Below, piece after piece: positions 25,654 to 35,000 of a stretch of 37,618 nucleotides of DNA. This DNA comes from a virus (Duplodnaviria; Caudoviricetes), in the IMG/VR virus record IMGVR_UViG_3300033407_000067, positions 1 through 37,618 of that record. One strand, 5' to 3'. The notes under the pieces are model-generated. The model made no database searches and was not told the DNA's origin. It was given only the letters and a program-made list of their open reading frames with translations. A program made the translations under genes and the position numbers. The stretch's first letter is position 1, and every line of letters starts with the position of its first letter.

Positions 25654-26648
25654 GCCTCCACAATCCCGCGCTGCACCAGCAACTCGTCAGTCCAGCCCAG
25701 CTGGATCAGCTGGTCGTAGGTGAGCCCGTTGGCCTTGTCCGTCAGCCGCGGTGCTGCCGGTGCAGTGACGGGCGGTGCTGCCGGGGGCGCCATATAGGAC
25801 GTATTCGGCACGGGCGGTGCTGCCGGTGCGGTGACGGGCGGTGCTGCCAGTGCTGCCGGTGCGGTGACGGGCGGTGCTGCCGGTGCTGCCGGTGCTGCCG
25901 GGGGCGCCATATAGGACGTATTCGGCACGGGCGGTGCTGCCGGTGCGGTGACGGGCGGTGCTGCCAGTGCTGCCGGTGCGGTGACGGGCGGTGCTGCCGG
26001 TGCTGCCGGTGCTGCCGGTGCTGCGGTTGCGCCCGGTGGCAACTGGCCCGGGCCGCCTGAAAAAGCGTCCGCCGCGCTCGGGCCGAGCACGATCTCCTCC
26101 CCGTGGCCCGACAGCTCGACCAGATCCAGATTGAGGTACAGCCCCGGTTTTGACGGCTCATTATTACCAACAACGCTACCCGCGACCCGGACGTAATACC
26201 CGAGGCGCAGCAGATGCGGATCAGTGATCTGCTCGTGCGGCTGGTAGTGCCCAGCGGGGAAACAACGCGGTGCAAAACCAGATGACAGCCGGACGACCCA
26301 GTGGCCAGCGAAACCCGGTTTCGCGGCGTTGGATTTGCCGGTTTGGTCGACGCCGTCGCCATCCACGATTTTCCATGCAAACTGTGGGTTTACACATGTC
26401 GTCGCGCCCCCCGGAAACAGCGCGGGGAAGGACGACTGCGCGACGCGGACCAGGGTGGCACGAAACTCCTCGAACGCCCGGTCGTCTTTGCGGAACGCCA
26501 CGGCGATGAAATATTGGGGGTTCGGCTGACCTGCATTCGGACCGGTTTTAATCACGCGGGGGTTACCCTGCATATCGGTCGTCTGTGGCTCAAAACAGGA
26601 TCCCTGCACCAGACGACCTACGGGGGTTATAAAACGTTCACTCGCCAT
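25650..26648 (-). CDS. ssDNA-binding protein (DUF2815/gp2.5-like) with Pro/Ala linker and small C-terminal domain
   Basis: TPVGRLVQG, FAWKIVDGDG, GYYVRV, GLYLNL; between nuclease and polymerase as in APSE-like modules. Confidence 0.72.
   Translation of the reverse strand: MASERFITPVGRLVQGSCFEPQTTDMQGNPRVIKTGPNAGQPNPQYFIAVAFRKDDRAFEEFRATLVRVAQSSFPALFPGGATTCVNPQFAWKIVDGDGVDQTGKSNAAKPGFAGHWVVRLSSGFAPRCFPAGHYQPHEQITDPHLLRLGYYVRVAGSVVGNNEPSKPGLYLNLDLVELSGHGEEIVLGPSAADAFSGGPGQLPPGATAAPAAPAAPAAPPVTAPAALAAPPVTAPAAPPVPNTSYMAPPAAPAAPAAPPVTAPAALAAPPVTAPAAPPVPNTSYMAPPAAPPVTAPAAPRLTDKANGLTYDQLIQLGWTDELLVQRGIVEA
25748..26024 (-). repeat. Nested coding repeats: 9-bp units (ggtgctgcc) inside a 117-bp tandem duplication
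   Basis: CATATAGGACGTATTCGGCAC at 25791 and 25908; encodes the 39-aa unit APPAAPAAPAAPPVTAPAALAAPPVTAPAAPPVPNTSYM. Confidence 0.9.
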
Positions 26649-27729
26649 TTTCAAATACCTCTCGGGTTATTTTGTCGTTTCCTATCATCAGTTTCACGGC
26701 GCCGGGTATCGACTCATAAAACGGTTTCAGCACGTCAGCAGGAACGGTTTTCTGCGCGAGGGCCTGCGCTACAGTCAGCGCCGCAGGCGGTTTACTGAGA
26801 TCCGCGCCCAGCAGTTTACCGGTCGAGATAATATCTGCATCGGTCATTTTCCATTTTTTCGATCCGCGCCCGCGGCCTAGGTAGCAATACTCCAGCGTCG
26901 CGCCCCCGGCTAGTAGGTTTTCGGCTCGCGCCTTCAGTTCGGCAATATAATAGCCCGTCAATTCCTCCTGCTCGGTTAATAGTCTCAGCGCCCTACCGAG
27001 GTATTCGTCGGGTATCTCGTGGGGCGCCGCGGGCATTATCTCGTGCGCCGAGGCGGCCGCGACTCTCAGCGCCGCGGGGCACCGGGTAATCGCCCGGCAC
27101 CGTTTACACCATGGTCCCGTCCGGCAGTCACCTGACCGCTCCGCATCCTCGATCGCCGCACGGATCGTATCAAAATACCCGCGCAGGTCCGAGAGTCGCA
27201 CAGACCAGACACGGATCGGCCCGTCTCTATGGACTCCACGGGGCTGTACGATATGCAGCCGGACGCGCCACACCTGGTCGTCAAACTCGGTAATGCTACG
27301 CGTCAGTAGGTACGCGTAGCACAGGAGCTGCCGGTTTTCGAACACCTCGACCGGCCCGAACCCAAATTTGAAATCAAACACGTCTAGGATCATTTCGGTG
27401 CGATCGATCGTGTATGCGTCTATCGTGCCACCCCAGCCGTTCACCTCTCGGCGCTGCTCAACAGCGGGGTTAACGCCTCGCTGCGCTGCGATCTGCCCGA
27501 CATACTCGACGTACGACCGGGCCGCGACGATCATCTCCTGCGATACGTCGTCGGGGAACACGGTGTGCCCGCGAAACATGTTCTCAGCGATGGCGTGCGC
27601 TCGCGTGCCCTCCTGCGCCTCCGGGCCGGACTCCTCGGCGGGCAGTGCGGCGTTCAGTGTCGCCCATCCGGCGCAGTGGATCCACTGCTCAGCGCTACTA
27701 GGGCGGATCAGCTCAGCTACCGATCGCAT
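26638..27729 (-). CDS. Cas4-like PD-(D/E)XK exonuclease (DUF2800)
   Basis: PSSA..WI.C, EGTRAH, GTIDA, DFKFG, QL..YA, IVQPR, C-terminal WCKRC...RC cluster. Confidence 0.85.
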   Translation of the reverse strand: MRSVAELIRPSSAEQWIHCAGWATLNAALPAEESGPEAQEGTRAHAIAENMFRGHTVFPDDVSQEMIVAARSYVEYVGQIAAQRGVNPAVEQRREVNGWGGTIDAYTIDRTEMILDVFDFKFGFGPVEVFENRQLLCYAYLLTRSITEFDDQVWRVRLHIVQPRGVHRDGPIRVWSVRLSDLRGYFDTIRAAIEDAERSGDCRTGPWCKRCRAITRCPAALRVAAASAHEIMPAAPHEIPDEYLGRALRLLTEQEELTGYYIAELKARAENLLAGGATLEYCYLGRGRGSKKWKMTDADIISTGKLLGADLSKPPAALTVAQALAQKTVPADVLKPFYESIPGAVKLMIGNDKITREVFENGE

Positions 27730-28363
27730 CGTTCAGGTGCTCCATAAATTGCGGAATTTTATCCATGCATACCGTCAGCTCCACGATGTTGTTGAGCCCG
27801 ATCGTGGCGCAGATCTCAGTGACCCGGTCGGGCGTTACCCGCCCCGCGGTGATCAGCTCGGACGTAACCGCAATGACCTCACTGTAATCCGTCGCGCTGA
27901 GTGGGGGCTGAGCCACTGGAGCGGGGGGTATCGGGGCGTGGTCCGGCGATAGAGCGAATACGTCCGCCGCGTCGACCGGCTGCTCTGCGGGGGCCGTACA
28001 GGTCGCGCCCAGCAGCTCGGCCTCAACCTGCGCTACGACAGCGGGGTCGACACCGCGCCGCCCGCGCCAGCTGCCATCCTTATTGCGCGCTCGGGAACCG
28101 GAGTGTATGCGGTCGTCCCACGGCATCCCGCGAGTGTCGCATTCGCCCGCCGTATCCGTACTCGCGGCGACGGCGGGCGATGTAGTGTCCGGCTCGACCG
28201 TGAGTACCGGGCCTGGTGGCCCGGGCTCCAGCTCGAAGGGCCCCCCAAACTCTAGGGGCAGTGTGGCGGTATCCGCCTCGACGCCTAGCGCGTCGATCAC
28301 CGCATGGGCGCGTTGGTACTCCTCGGGCGTCGGTAGATCTGGCAGGGTAATTGTGATTTGCAT
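27713..28363 (-). CDS. Acidic hypothetical protein of the replication module
   Basis: GAGGA RBS; compact D..G.PWD.RIHS....NKDGSWR.RRGVD segment. Confidence 0.7.
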   Translation of the reverse strand: MQITITLPDLPTPEEYQRAHAVIDALGVEADTATLPLEFGGPFELEPGPPGPVLTVEPDTTSPAVAASTDTAGECDTRGMPWDDRIHSGSRARNKDGSWRGRRGVDPAVVAQVEAELLGATCTAPAEQPVDAADVFALSPDHAPIPPAPVAQPPLSATDYSEVIAVTSELITAGRVTPDRVTEICATIGLNNIVELTVCMDKIPQFMEHLNDAIGS

Positions 28364-28395
28364 CGTGCGGTTCCTCAAAATTTTTGTTCTCAGCG

Positions 28396-28424
28396 TTGAC
28401 GAGGCCCAATCTAATCGCTAGGGT
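28396..28424 (+). promoter_or_regulatory. Possible overlapping rightward promoter for the helicase operon
   Basis: TTGACG-17 nt-TAGGGT; weak -10. Confidence 0.4.
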
Positions 28425-28436
28425 GATGACTGTCAA
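28408..28436 (-). promoter_or_regulatory. Sigma70-type leftward promoter 2
   Basis: TTGACA-17 nt-TAGATT on the - strand, in the divergent intergenic gap. Confidence 0.75.
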
Positions 28437-28468
28437 CCCCTATCTGACCGATACCACGCGAGGACTTG

Positions 28469-30196
28469 ATGCAGCTCCACGACTACCAGCAGCACATGGT
28501 CGGTGACATTCGCGCCGCATGGTCCGCGGGTGCCCGTAACGTCATCGGGCAGCTGCCAACGGGCGGCGGTAAGACAGTCGTCATGTGCCACATGATCGAC
28601 GCGGAGCCGGGCATCTGCCTGGCGATCGCCCACCGTCAGGAGCTGGTATCCCAGATCTCCCTAACCCTGGGCCGGTATGGGATACCTCACGGCGTGGTCA
28701 CGCCTGATCCAGTAACACGAGGCATCATCGCCGCGCATGTTGACGAGCTGGGGCGCAACTTTATCCGGCCGCGCAGTCCACGAGTCTATGTCGCCAGTGT
28801 GGACACCCTGATACGGCGGGAGCCTCCCTGGCTGCGCGATGTGTCGATGTGGGTCATCGACGAGGGGCACCACGTCCTGGCGGGTAATAAATGGGGCCGC
28901 GCCGTCGACATGCTCCCTGTCACGTCGCGGGGGCTGCTACTGACCGCCACGCCGAACCGATCTGATGGCAAGGGGCTGGGGCGCGCACACGACGGGGTGG
29001 CTGATGCGCTAATCCTCGGCCCCTCGCAACGGGAGCTGATCCGCCGCGGGTATCTGTCTGAGTACTCCGTCGTGTGCGCAACGTCAGATATCGAGCTGCA
29101 GGACGATGATGTGACCGCCAGCGGCGACTACTCCCCGCGGGCGCTGAAAGCCGCGGCGAAAAACTCCCGGATCGTCGGCGACGTGGTGAGTGAGTACGTA
29201 CTGCGGGCGCGGGGCAAACCCGGACTGACATTTGCAACCGACGTCGAGACTGCTGAGGCCATCGTCCGCAAATACCAGGCGGCGGGGGTGCCTGCGGAAA
29301 TGCTGTCCGCGAAGACTCCAGGGGACGTACGTAGGACCATCATGAGCCAGTTCCGGGCGCGGCAGATCCTGCAGATCGTCAACGTGGACATCCTCGGGGA
29401 GGGTTTCGACGCGCCCGCAGTCGAGGTCGTATCAATGGCGCGCCCGACTAAATCGCTCTCGCTGTACATGCAGCAGCTCGGTCGGGGCCTCCGCGTGCTG
29501 GAGGGTAAATCGCTGGCGCTGATCATCGATCATGTGGGTAATATCGCGGAACACGGGCTCCCCGATCGAGCGGATCGGCACCTAGACTGGACACTGGAGC
29601 CTACGAAGGGGCGGCGGGGGTCATCTGACATCCGCGTCTGCAAGAGCCCGGATGGCCCCCTCGGCGCGGGCATACCATGTCTGCAACCATATGAGGCGTA
29701 CCTGACTCAGTGCCCCGTCTGCGGCTATGCTGCTACAGCGGGCCGGGGGTCCGGCGCTGCGGCGCGATCTGAGCCTGCGCAGGTGGATGGTGACCTGGTC
29801 GAACTGGACGCCCGAGTACTGGCAAAAATGCGCGGCGACGTCACCGCGTTCGACGGGCGTACCATCGAGAGCGAGCGAGCTCGGATGTCCGAGCGCGGGT
29901 TGCCCGCGAAATTCATTGCGCGCAACCTGAAACATTTCCGGGCCGACACGGACAACCAATCCGCACTGCGCGAGCAGATGGCCCTGTGGGGCGGATTGCA
30001 TACGGCGCGGGGCTTATCGGACCGCGAAATTCAAAAGCTGTTTTACTTGACATTCGGGTGGGACGTTTTATCGGCGCAGGTTTTGAAATCTGCCGAGTCT
30101 ACCGAATTAAAATCCCGGATAGAGACGGAGATAATAAAATGCTCAACCACTGGGGCAAGCGCTGGAATATACCGGCGGCCGCAATCGCCGAGTTAA
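28469..30196 (+). CDS. SF2 DEAD/DEAH-box helicase with C-terminal Cys cluster
   Basis: L.DYQ, LPTGGGKT, AHRQEL, IDEGHH, TATP, EGFDAP, QQLGRGLR, IIDHVGN; CPVCG. Confidence 0.93.
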   Translation: MQLHDYQQHMVGDIRAAWSAGARNVIGQLPTGGGKTVVMCHMIDAEPGICLAIAHRQELVSQISLTLGRYGIPHGVVTPDPVTRGIIAAHVDELGRNFIRPRSPRVYVASVDTLIRREPPWLRDVSMWVIDEGHHVLAGNKWGRAVDMLPVTSRGLLLTATPNRSDGKGLGRAHDGVADALILGPSQRELIRRGYLSEYSVVCATSDIELQDDDVTASGDYSPRALKAAAKNSRIVGDVVSEYVLRARGKPGLTFATDVETAEAIVRKYQAAGVPAEMLSAKTPGDVRRTIMSQFRARQILQIVNVDILGEGFDAPAVEVVSMARPTKSLSLYMQQLGRGLRVLEGKSLALIIDHVGNIAEHGLPDRADRHLDWTLEPTKGRRGSSDIRVCKSPDGPLGAGIPCLQPYEAYLTQCPVCGYAATAGRGSGAAARSEPAQVDGDLVELDARVLAKMRGDVTAFDGRTIESERARMSERGLPAKFIARNLKHFRADTDNQSALREQMALWGGLHTARGLSDREIQKLFYLTFGWDVLSAQVLKSAESTELKSRIETEIIKCSTTGASAGIYRRPQSPS

Positions 30197-30609
30197 TAAC
30201 TACGCTAGGCACGGGGGGACACAAGCGGATTGAAAACCCCCGACTAGAGTCGGATGTGCAGAATAATATACGGCTCAAAGCTGGTCGCGATCCAGACCTG
30301 GTACTGTGGCGTAATAACATCGGGGCCTGCAAATCCGCGGACGGTCGATTCATACGGTTCGGGCTGGCCAACGACTCGGCGCAGGTAAACCAGCTGATTA
30401 AGTCGGCGGATCTAATCGGCATCCGCCGCATACTGGTCTCGCCGGATATGATCGGGCGGTATGTCGGGCAGTTCGTCAGCATCGAGTGTAAACGTGCGGA
30501 CTGGGTCTACCGCGGGACGGACCGCGAGGAGGCCCAGCAGAGATGGGCGGCGACCATAACAGCGATGGGCGGCGATGCGCGTTTCTGCCGATCTGAGGAC
30601 GACCTATGA
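30139..30609 (+). CDS. VRR-NUC-like nuclease / resolvase
   Basis: ESDVQ..IR, LWRNNIG, SADLIG, FVSIECK, Q..W...I...GG; GGAG RBS before ATG 30139. Confidence 0.8.
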   Translation: MLNHWGKRWNIPAAAIAELITTLGTGGHKRIENPRLESDVQNNIRLKAGRDPDLVLWRNNIGACKSADGRFIRFGLANDSAQVNQLIKSADLIGIRRILVSPDMIGRYVGQFVSIECKRADWVYRGTDREEAQQRWAATITAMGGDARFCRSEDDL

Positions 30610-32981
30610 CCGACCCACTAGCTGCGCTGAAACAGCGCACCCAGTTTGTCCTGTATAAATCGGTCCCGAAAAGAGGCAACCCCGACAAACTGGATAAAAT
30701 CCCGGTCGATCCGCGCACCCTCGCCGCCGTCGATCCGATCAACCCGGGCAACCACATGGGTTACGCTGAGGCCAAGGCATTCGCTGCGCTCTACAGCCTC
30801 CCGTACGGCGTCGGATTCGTGTTTACCCGTGACGATCCGCACTGGCTGCTCGACATCGATGATTGCTACGATCCGGAGCGCGGCGACTGGACCGACACGG
30901 CGAAGTCTCTGTGCGCGGCGCTGGCCGGGTGCGCGGTCGAGGTGTCTGTGTCCGGCCGCGGGCTCCACATCATTGGGTCGAGCGCGCTGGATCTGTCCGA
31001 CGTCGGCACTCGCTGCGGTGCGCTCGGACTGGAGTTTTACACGCACTCCCGGTTCGTGGCGCTGACCGGCACCAACGCGGTGGGGGACGCGGGCCACGAT
31101 TCGCCTGGTCTAGCCGGAGTCGTCGCTGCCCATTTTACCCGGCAGGCCGTAGCAGCGGATGTGGACTGGACGGATGGGCCCGTCTCGGGGTGGGATGGCT
31201 ACGACGACGACGACGAACTGATAGCTGCGGCGTGCGCCAGCCAGTCAGCCAGCTCGCTGCTCGGCGGCGCTGTCTCGTTCCGCGACCTGTGGGGGGCGAA
31301 CGAGGCGGCGCTGTCCGAGCGCTACCCCGACGGTGGGGGGCGGGGTCGGGCGTTCGACGGTAGTCAGGCCGACGCCGCGCTGGCGCAGCACCTGGCATTC
31401 TGGACCGGCAGCGACTGCGAGCGCATGCAGCGCCTGATGTGTCGGTCCGCGCTGGCGCGAGATAAATATGAGCGCGACGATTATCTGCCGCGGACCATAA
31501 TGCGGGCGTGTGGGCTGCAAACGTCCTGGCACCAGCGACACCAGTCGAGCACCCCCACGCAGCAGGCCCTGACCGAGGAGGACATTTTAGATCATGGGTC
31601 GTCGTTTCTCGCCGTTTCTGACCAGATCGAATTTTTCGGGGGCTGTGTATATGTACGCAACCGGCACGCAGTATATACGCCGGGAGGGGCACTGCTGAAA
31701 CCCGACGTTTTTAAAGCTGTTTACGGGGGATATGTATTCGCGCTCGACCTGCGCAACACTAAATGCGTTTCGAACGCGTGGCAGGCGTTCATCGAAAATC
31801 GAGCGCACCGCTGGCCGCGGGTAACCGACACGGTTTTTGACCCGACACGAAGGCCGGGCGAGATAATCACAATTGAGCAGCAGGATTTTGTGAATTTCTG
31901 GGAGCCCGTCGATGTCGACCGCACGCCCGGGGATATATCGCCGTTTACCCGGCACCTCGGGTTATTATTCCCCGACGCCCGAGACCGTGAAATTATACTG
32001 TGCTATATGGCTGCGTGCGTTCAACACGTCGGAGTTAAATTCCAGTGGTGCCCGTTGGTACAGGGTACCCCCGGTAATGGCAAGACCCTATTATCTAGAT
32101 GCGTGTCCGCCGCAGTCGGGCAGCGATATAGTTATGCCCCGACCGCGAAAGAGTTGGCGGATAAATTCAACGACTGGCTCTATGCGCGGGTGTTTATCGG
32201 GGTCGAGGACATATACGTACCTGAGCATAAAGCCGAGCTGATCGAAACGCTAAAACCCATGATTACGAATGACAGGCTCGAGATACAGGGGAAGGGGGAT
32301 AAAAAAGAAATGCGTGAAATCTGCGCGAATTTTTTCCTCAACTCGAACCACCGGGCAGGGATTCAAAAATCGCGGGACGACCGGCGGTTCGCGATTTTTT
32401 ACTGTCCGCAGCAGAGTAAATCTGATCTGGCCCGCGACGGCATGAACCGTGATTATTTCCGGGGCCTGTACGGTTGGCTACTAAATGGGGGGTACGCGAT
32501 TGTTTCCGAATACCTGCATACATATCGGATCGCTGATGAGTTCAACCCTGCCCGCGGCGATCCGGCCCCCGATACCTCGTCGACCGCGGATGCTATACGC
32601 GAGGGGCTCGGCTCAATCGAGCAGGAGGTGCTCGAGGCGATCGAGACGGACGAAATCGGTTTCCGGGGCGGGTGGGTATCGTCGATATTTCTGGGGCGTC
32701 TCTTGGACCACATGCGGGCAGGCCGCGTGGTGCCGCCGACGAAACGGCGCGAGATGATGCAGACCCTGGGGTACGATTGGCACCCTGCGCTAGACGGCGG
32801 GCGAGCGCGGACGGCGGTCAGTCCGGACGGCGGGAAACCCCGGCTATATATACGCACAGGGCACATATCCGCGAATCTGACGGACCCCGCCGCTGTTACC
32901 GCCGCGTATAGTGCCGCGCAGCAGGGGGATGATGGCCGCGCCGCCGCAGTATTCAACCAGGGAAAACTTGGGGGTGAGTGA
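30606..32981 (+). CDS. Primase-polymerase (NrS-1-like AEP) fused to SF3-type helicase
   Basis: GVGFVF...LDIDDC, EVSVSGRGLHI, EFY..SRFVALTG, D.SQAD.AL...LAFWTG..R.K helix bundle, Walker A GTPGNGKT, DRRF. Confidence 0.88.
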   Translation: MTDPLAALKQRTQFVLYKSVPKRGNPDKLDKIPVDPRTLAAVDPINPGNHMGYAEAKAFAALYSLPYGVGFVFTRDDPHWLLDIDDCYDPERGDWTDTAKSLCAALAGCAVEVSVSGRGLHIIGSSALDLSDVGTRCGALGLEFYTHSRFVALTGTNAVGDAGHDSPGLAGVVAAHFTRQAVAADVDWTDGPVSGWDGYDDDDELIAAACASQSASSLLGGAVSFRDLWGANEAALSERYPDGGGRGRAFDGSQADAALAQHLAFWTGSDCERMQRLMCRSALARDKYERDDYLPRTIMRACGLQTSWHQRHQSSTPTQQALTEEDILDHGSSFLAVSDQIEFFGGCVYVRNRHAVYTPGGALLKPDVFKAVYGGYVFALDLRNTKCVSNAWQAFIENRAHRWPRVTDTVFDPTRRPGEIITIEQQDFVNFWEPVDVDRTPGDISPFTRHLGLLFPDARDREIILCYMAACVQHVGVKFQWCPLVQGTPGNGKTLLSRCVSAAVGQRYSYAPTAKELADKFNDWLYARVFIGVEDIYVPEHKAELIETLKPMITNDRLEIQGKGDKKEMREICANFFLNSNHRAGIQKSRDDRRFAIFYCPQQSKSDLARDGMNRDYFRGLYGWLLNGGYAIVSEYLHTYRIADEFNPARGDPAPDTSSTADAIREGLGSIEQEVLEAIETDEIGFRGGWVSSIFLGRLLDHMRAGRVVPPTKRREMMQTLGYDWHPALDGGRARTAVSPDGGKPRLYIRTGHISANLTDPAAVTAAYSAAQQGDDGRAAAVFNQGKLGGE

Positions 32982-32982
32982 C

Positions 32983-33234
32983 ATGTACAGAGAGATACGG
33001 GACGGCCGTACAGTGCGGGTACGGAAACCGCACGCGTGTGAGTGGTGCGGGGGGCGGATTACGCCCGGATTCGAGGCGATATCCCGCGTGTACGTGTGGG
33101 ACCGAAACCTGGTCAACGCGTGGCAGCATATCGAGTGCTATGTGGCGATGGACGAGTCGGCCGACATGATTGACGACGGGTTTACGCCGGGGTCGTTCCG
33201 CCGCGGCAAGCCCGCGCGGGAGGAGGACCTATAG
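32983..33234 (+). CDS. Small Zn-binding hypothetical protein
   Basis: RKPH.CEWC...I.PG...HIEC (CxxC/HxxC). Confidence 0.7.
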   Translation: MYREIRDGRTVRVRKPHACEWCGGRITPGFEAISRVYVWDRNLVNAWQHIECYVAMDESADMIDDGFTPGSFRRGKPAREEDL

Positions 33235-33414
33235 CCATGTCACAATACACTCAGCGCCGTAAAACGCATATGCGATGCACCCGCACCGGGTGCCGCCGCA
33301 GGTGGGGCCGTCCTGGTCACATTCTGCGCCCCATAGGCGCGGATCGGGGAATTGCCCGCACTAGCCGCGCGTGATATCGTGGGGCTAATGTGCCCACTAC
33401 GATAGGAGCCGGAA

Positions 33415-33927
33415 ATGGCTAGCGAGAAACCCGCCCCCGAAACCAGCGACGAGAAACCCCGCCGGAAACCCCGTGCCACCCCAGCCACCATCATATGCTC
33501 CGAGCACCCGGACGGGATCCGGATGAAAATCACGCGGGACGACGAGGCGTACGAATTCGACACGGCGAAACTGCCTCGCGCCCTGCTGCACCTGGTATTG
33601 TCCATCGGGGTGGAGCACCTTATACGTAAGCACATGCGGGTCCACGGCATCCCTCGAGTGCTGGAGGCACTGGCATCCGGCATCCTCCCTGCGATCGAGC
33701 ACGGGAGGCCGGGTCGCCCCTCCAATTTAGCCGTAGCCGTAGCCCGTGTGGCCGGCTGCACAATCGACGACGCGATGGACCGGCTCTCCCAGCTATCCCC
33801 GGAGGAGAAACGCGACGTACGGCTCAGTCCAGAAATCGCCGGGGAACTGGCCCGCGTCCAGCGCGGGAATTTGGGCGGCACCGTACGCCCACTGGGGGAG
33901 CTGATCGCGCCGCCTGCTCGCGAGTAG
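33415..33927 (+). CDS. Hypothetical protein, possibly DNA-binding
   Basis: AGGAG RBS, helical, GRPGRP basic hook. Confidence 0.6.
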   Translation: MASEKPAPETSDEKPRRKPRATPATIICSEHPDGIRMKITRDDEAYEFDTAKLPRALLHLVLSIGVEHLIRKHMRVHGIPRVLEALASGILPAIEHGRPGRPSNLAVAVARVAGCTIDDAMDRLSQLSPEEKRDVRLSPEIAGELARVQRGNLGGTVRPLGELIAPPARE

Positions 33928-33968
33928 CGTCAGGCATGCACGGGCGCTATACTGGACCCACAACACAC

Positions 33969-33981
33969 GGGGGGGGGGGGG
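33969..33981 (+). repeat. G13 homopolymer at the RBS position of the lipoprotein gene
   Basis: 13 consecutive G ending 3 nt before ATG 33985. Confidence 0.75.
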
Positions 33982-33984
33982 CGT

Positions 33985-34281
33985 ATGAAAACCGCAATAT
34001 GTGGGGTGATACTCGGGTTACTGCTACTGCTACTGCTGCCGGGCTGCGCAACGGACGGTGCGCTAACGGTGCGCCCCGAATCGCCCTTGGCCGACGGCTA
34101 CCAGATCGGAGACCTGGCACGGGAGGCGCTGCTGCTGCAGGACGACGTATGCCGGCGCAGCGACCCCGTATCCCGTGTGCTGCTGCTACGCCTGCTGGGC
34201 GATGCGGGCCTCGAGCACGACGGGCAGAATATCTGCGAGATCGATATTATCCGTTTGCTGCTGGATGATGCCTCGGAATGA
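33985..34281 (+). CDS. Lipoprotein
   Basis: MK + hydrophobic h-region + lipobox-like LPG-C. Confidence 0.72.
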   Translation: MKTAICGVILGLLLLLLLPGCATDGALTVRPESPLADGYQIGDLAREALLLQDDVCRRSDPVSRVLLLRLLGDAGLEHDGQNICEIDIIRLLLDDASE

Positions 34282-34303
34282 ATCTCTCGGCGCAGTGATT
34301 TAC

Positions 34304-34333
34304 ACCCGGTATTCGCCAGGCGTTTTTTTTTTT
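34304..34333 (+). terminator. Possible terminator at the operon convergence
   Basis: T11 tract (34323-34333) after an imperfect GC hairpin. Confidence 0.35.
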
Positions 34334-34352
34334 CCGATTTGCGGCCATGCCG

Positions 34353-35000
34353 TCAGATGTCGTGTGCCCTCCCCACGGCCAGCGAGATAACGTACCGCGG
34401 CATACCATGGGACTCCCAGCAGTTAGCCCCGTATGCAGGCAGCAGAACGGGCGCCACCGTCCGACCCCCGAAGCCAGCCGTACGTATCCAGTCGTTTTTG
34501 ATCCTATAGCTAGTGGTCCGCAGGCCCAGCCCCGCATAGTGCGCCCGGCTGCCCCCGTAGTGCCCTGCGGGCTCGGCGAATAGTACCACCTCGGGGACCT
34601 CGAGCCCGCGCAGGTGCAGGTACCTTGCCAGATGGGGCGCTATCGCCGCCCCCATACTATGCCCTGTGACTACATAGGACCACCGGGGGTCGAGGTCCCG
34701 GACGAACGCGTCTACCCAGAGATACGCGCCGCGCATGAAACCACGGTGGGCTCGGACGCCCGTGACCGGGCATCGCCACGGAATAGCGCACAGGTCGCGC
34801 ACTATGTCCACAAGATTCGACAGGCGCCCGCCTACCTCGGTGCCTCGGACCGCTAGGACGCGGACATCCGGGTGGTACGCGGGGGAGTAAACGCTCACCT
34901 CCACCTCCCGCCGGGACAATACGCTGGGGCCGCGGTCCCCGTACGCCCGGCGGCAACACTGTGCGAGGTAAACGTGGGACAACCCAGGCGTCCGTTTCAT
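34353..35000 (-). CDS. Class 3 lipase / alpha-beta hydrolase
   Basis: LAVRGTE oxyanion motif, AHRGF, VTGHSMGAA nucleophile elbow, NDWI (Asp), SHG (His). Confidence 0.88.
   Translation of the reverse strand: MKRTPGLSHVYLAQCCRRAYGDRGPSVLSRREVEVSVYSPAYHPDVRVLAVRGTEVGGRLSNLVDIVRDLCAIPWRCPVTGVRAHRGFMRGAYLWVDAFVRDLDPRWSYVVTGHSMGAAIAPHLARYLHLRGLEVPEVVLFAEPAGHYGGSRAHYAGLGLRTTSYRIKNDWIRTAGFGGRTVAPVLLPAYGANCWESHGMPRYVISLAVGRAHDI

Noticed and set aside
33237-33374. 45-aa Arg-rich ORF (MSQYTQRRKTHMRC...) after a GGAGGAGG
   Set aside because: No recognisable motif, and the composition is typical of GC-rich non-coding frames; insufficient support
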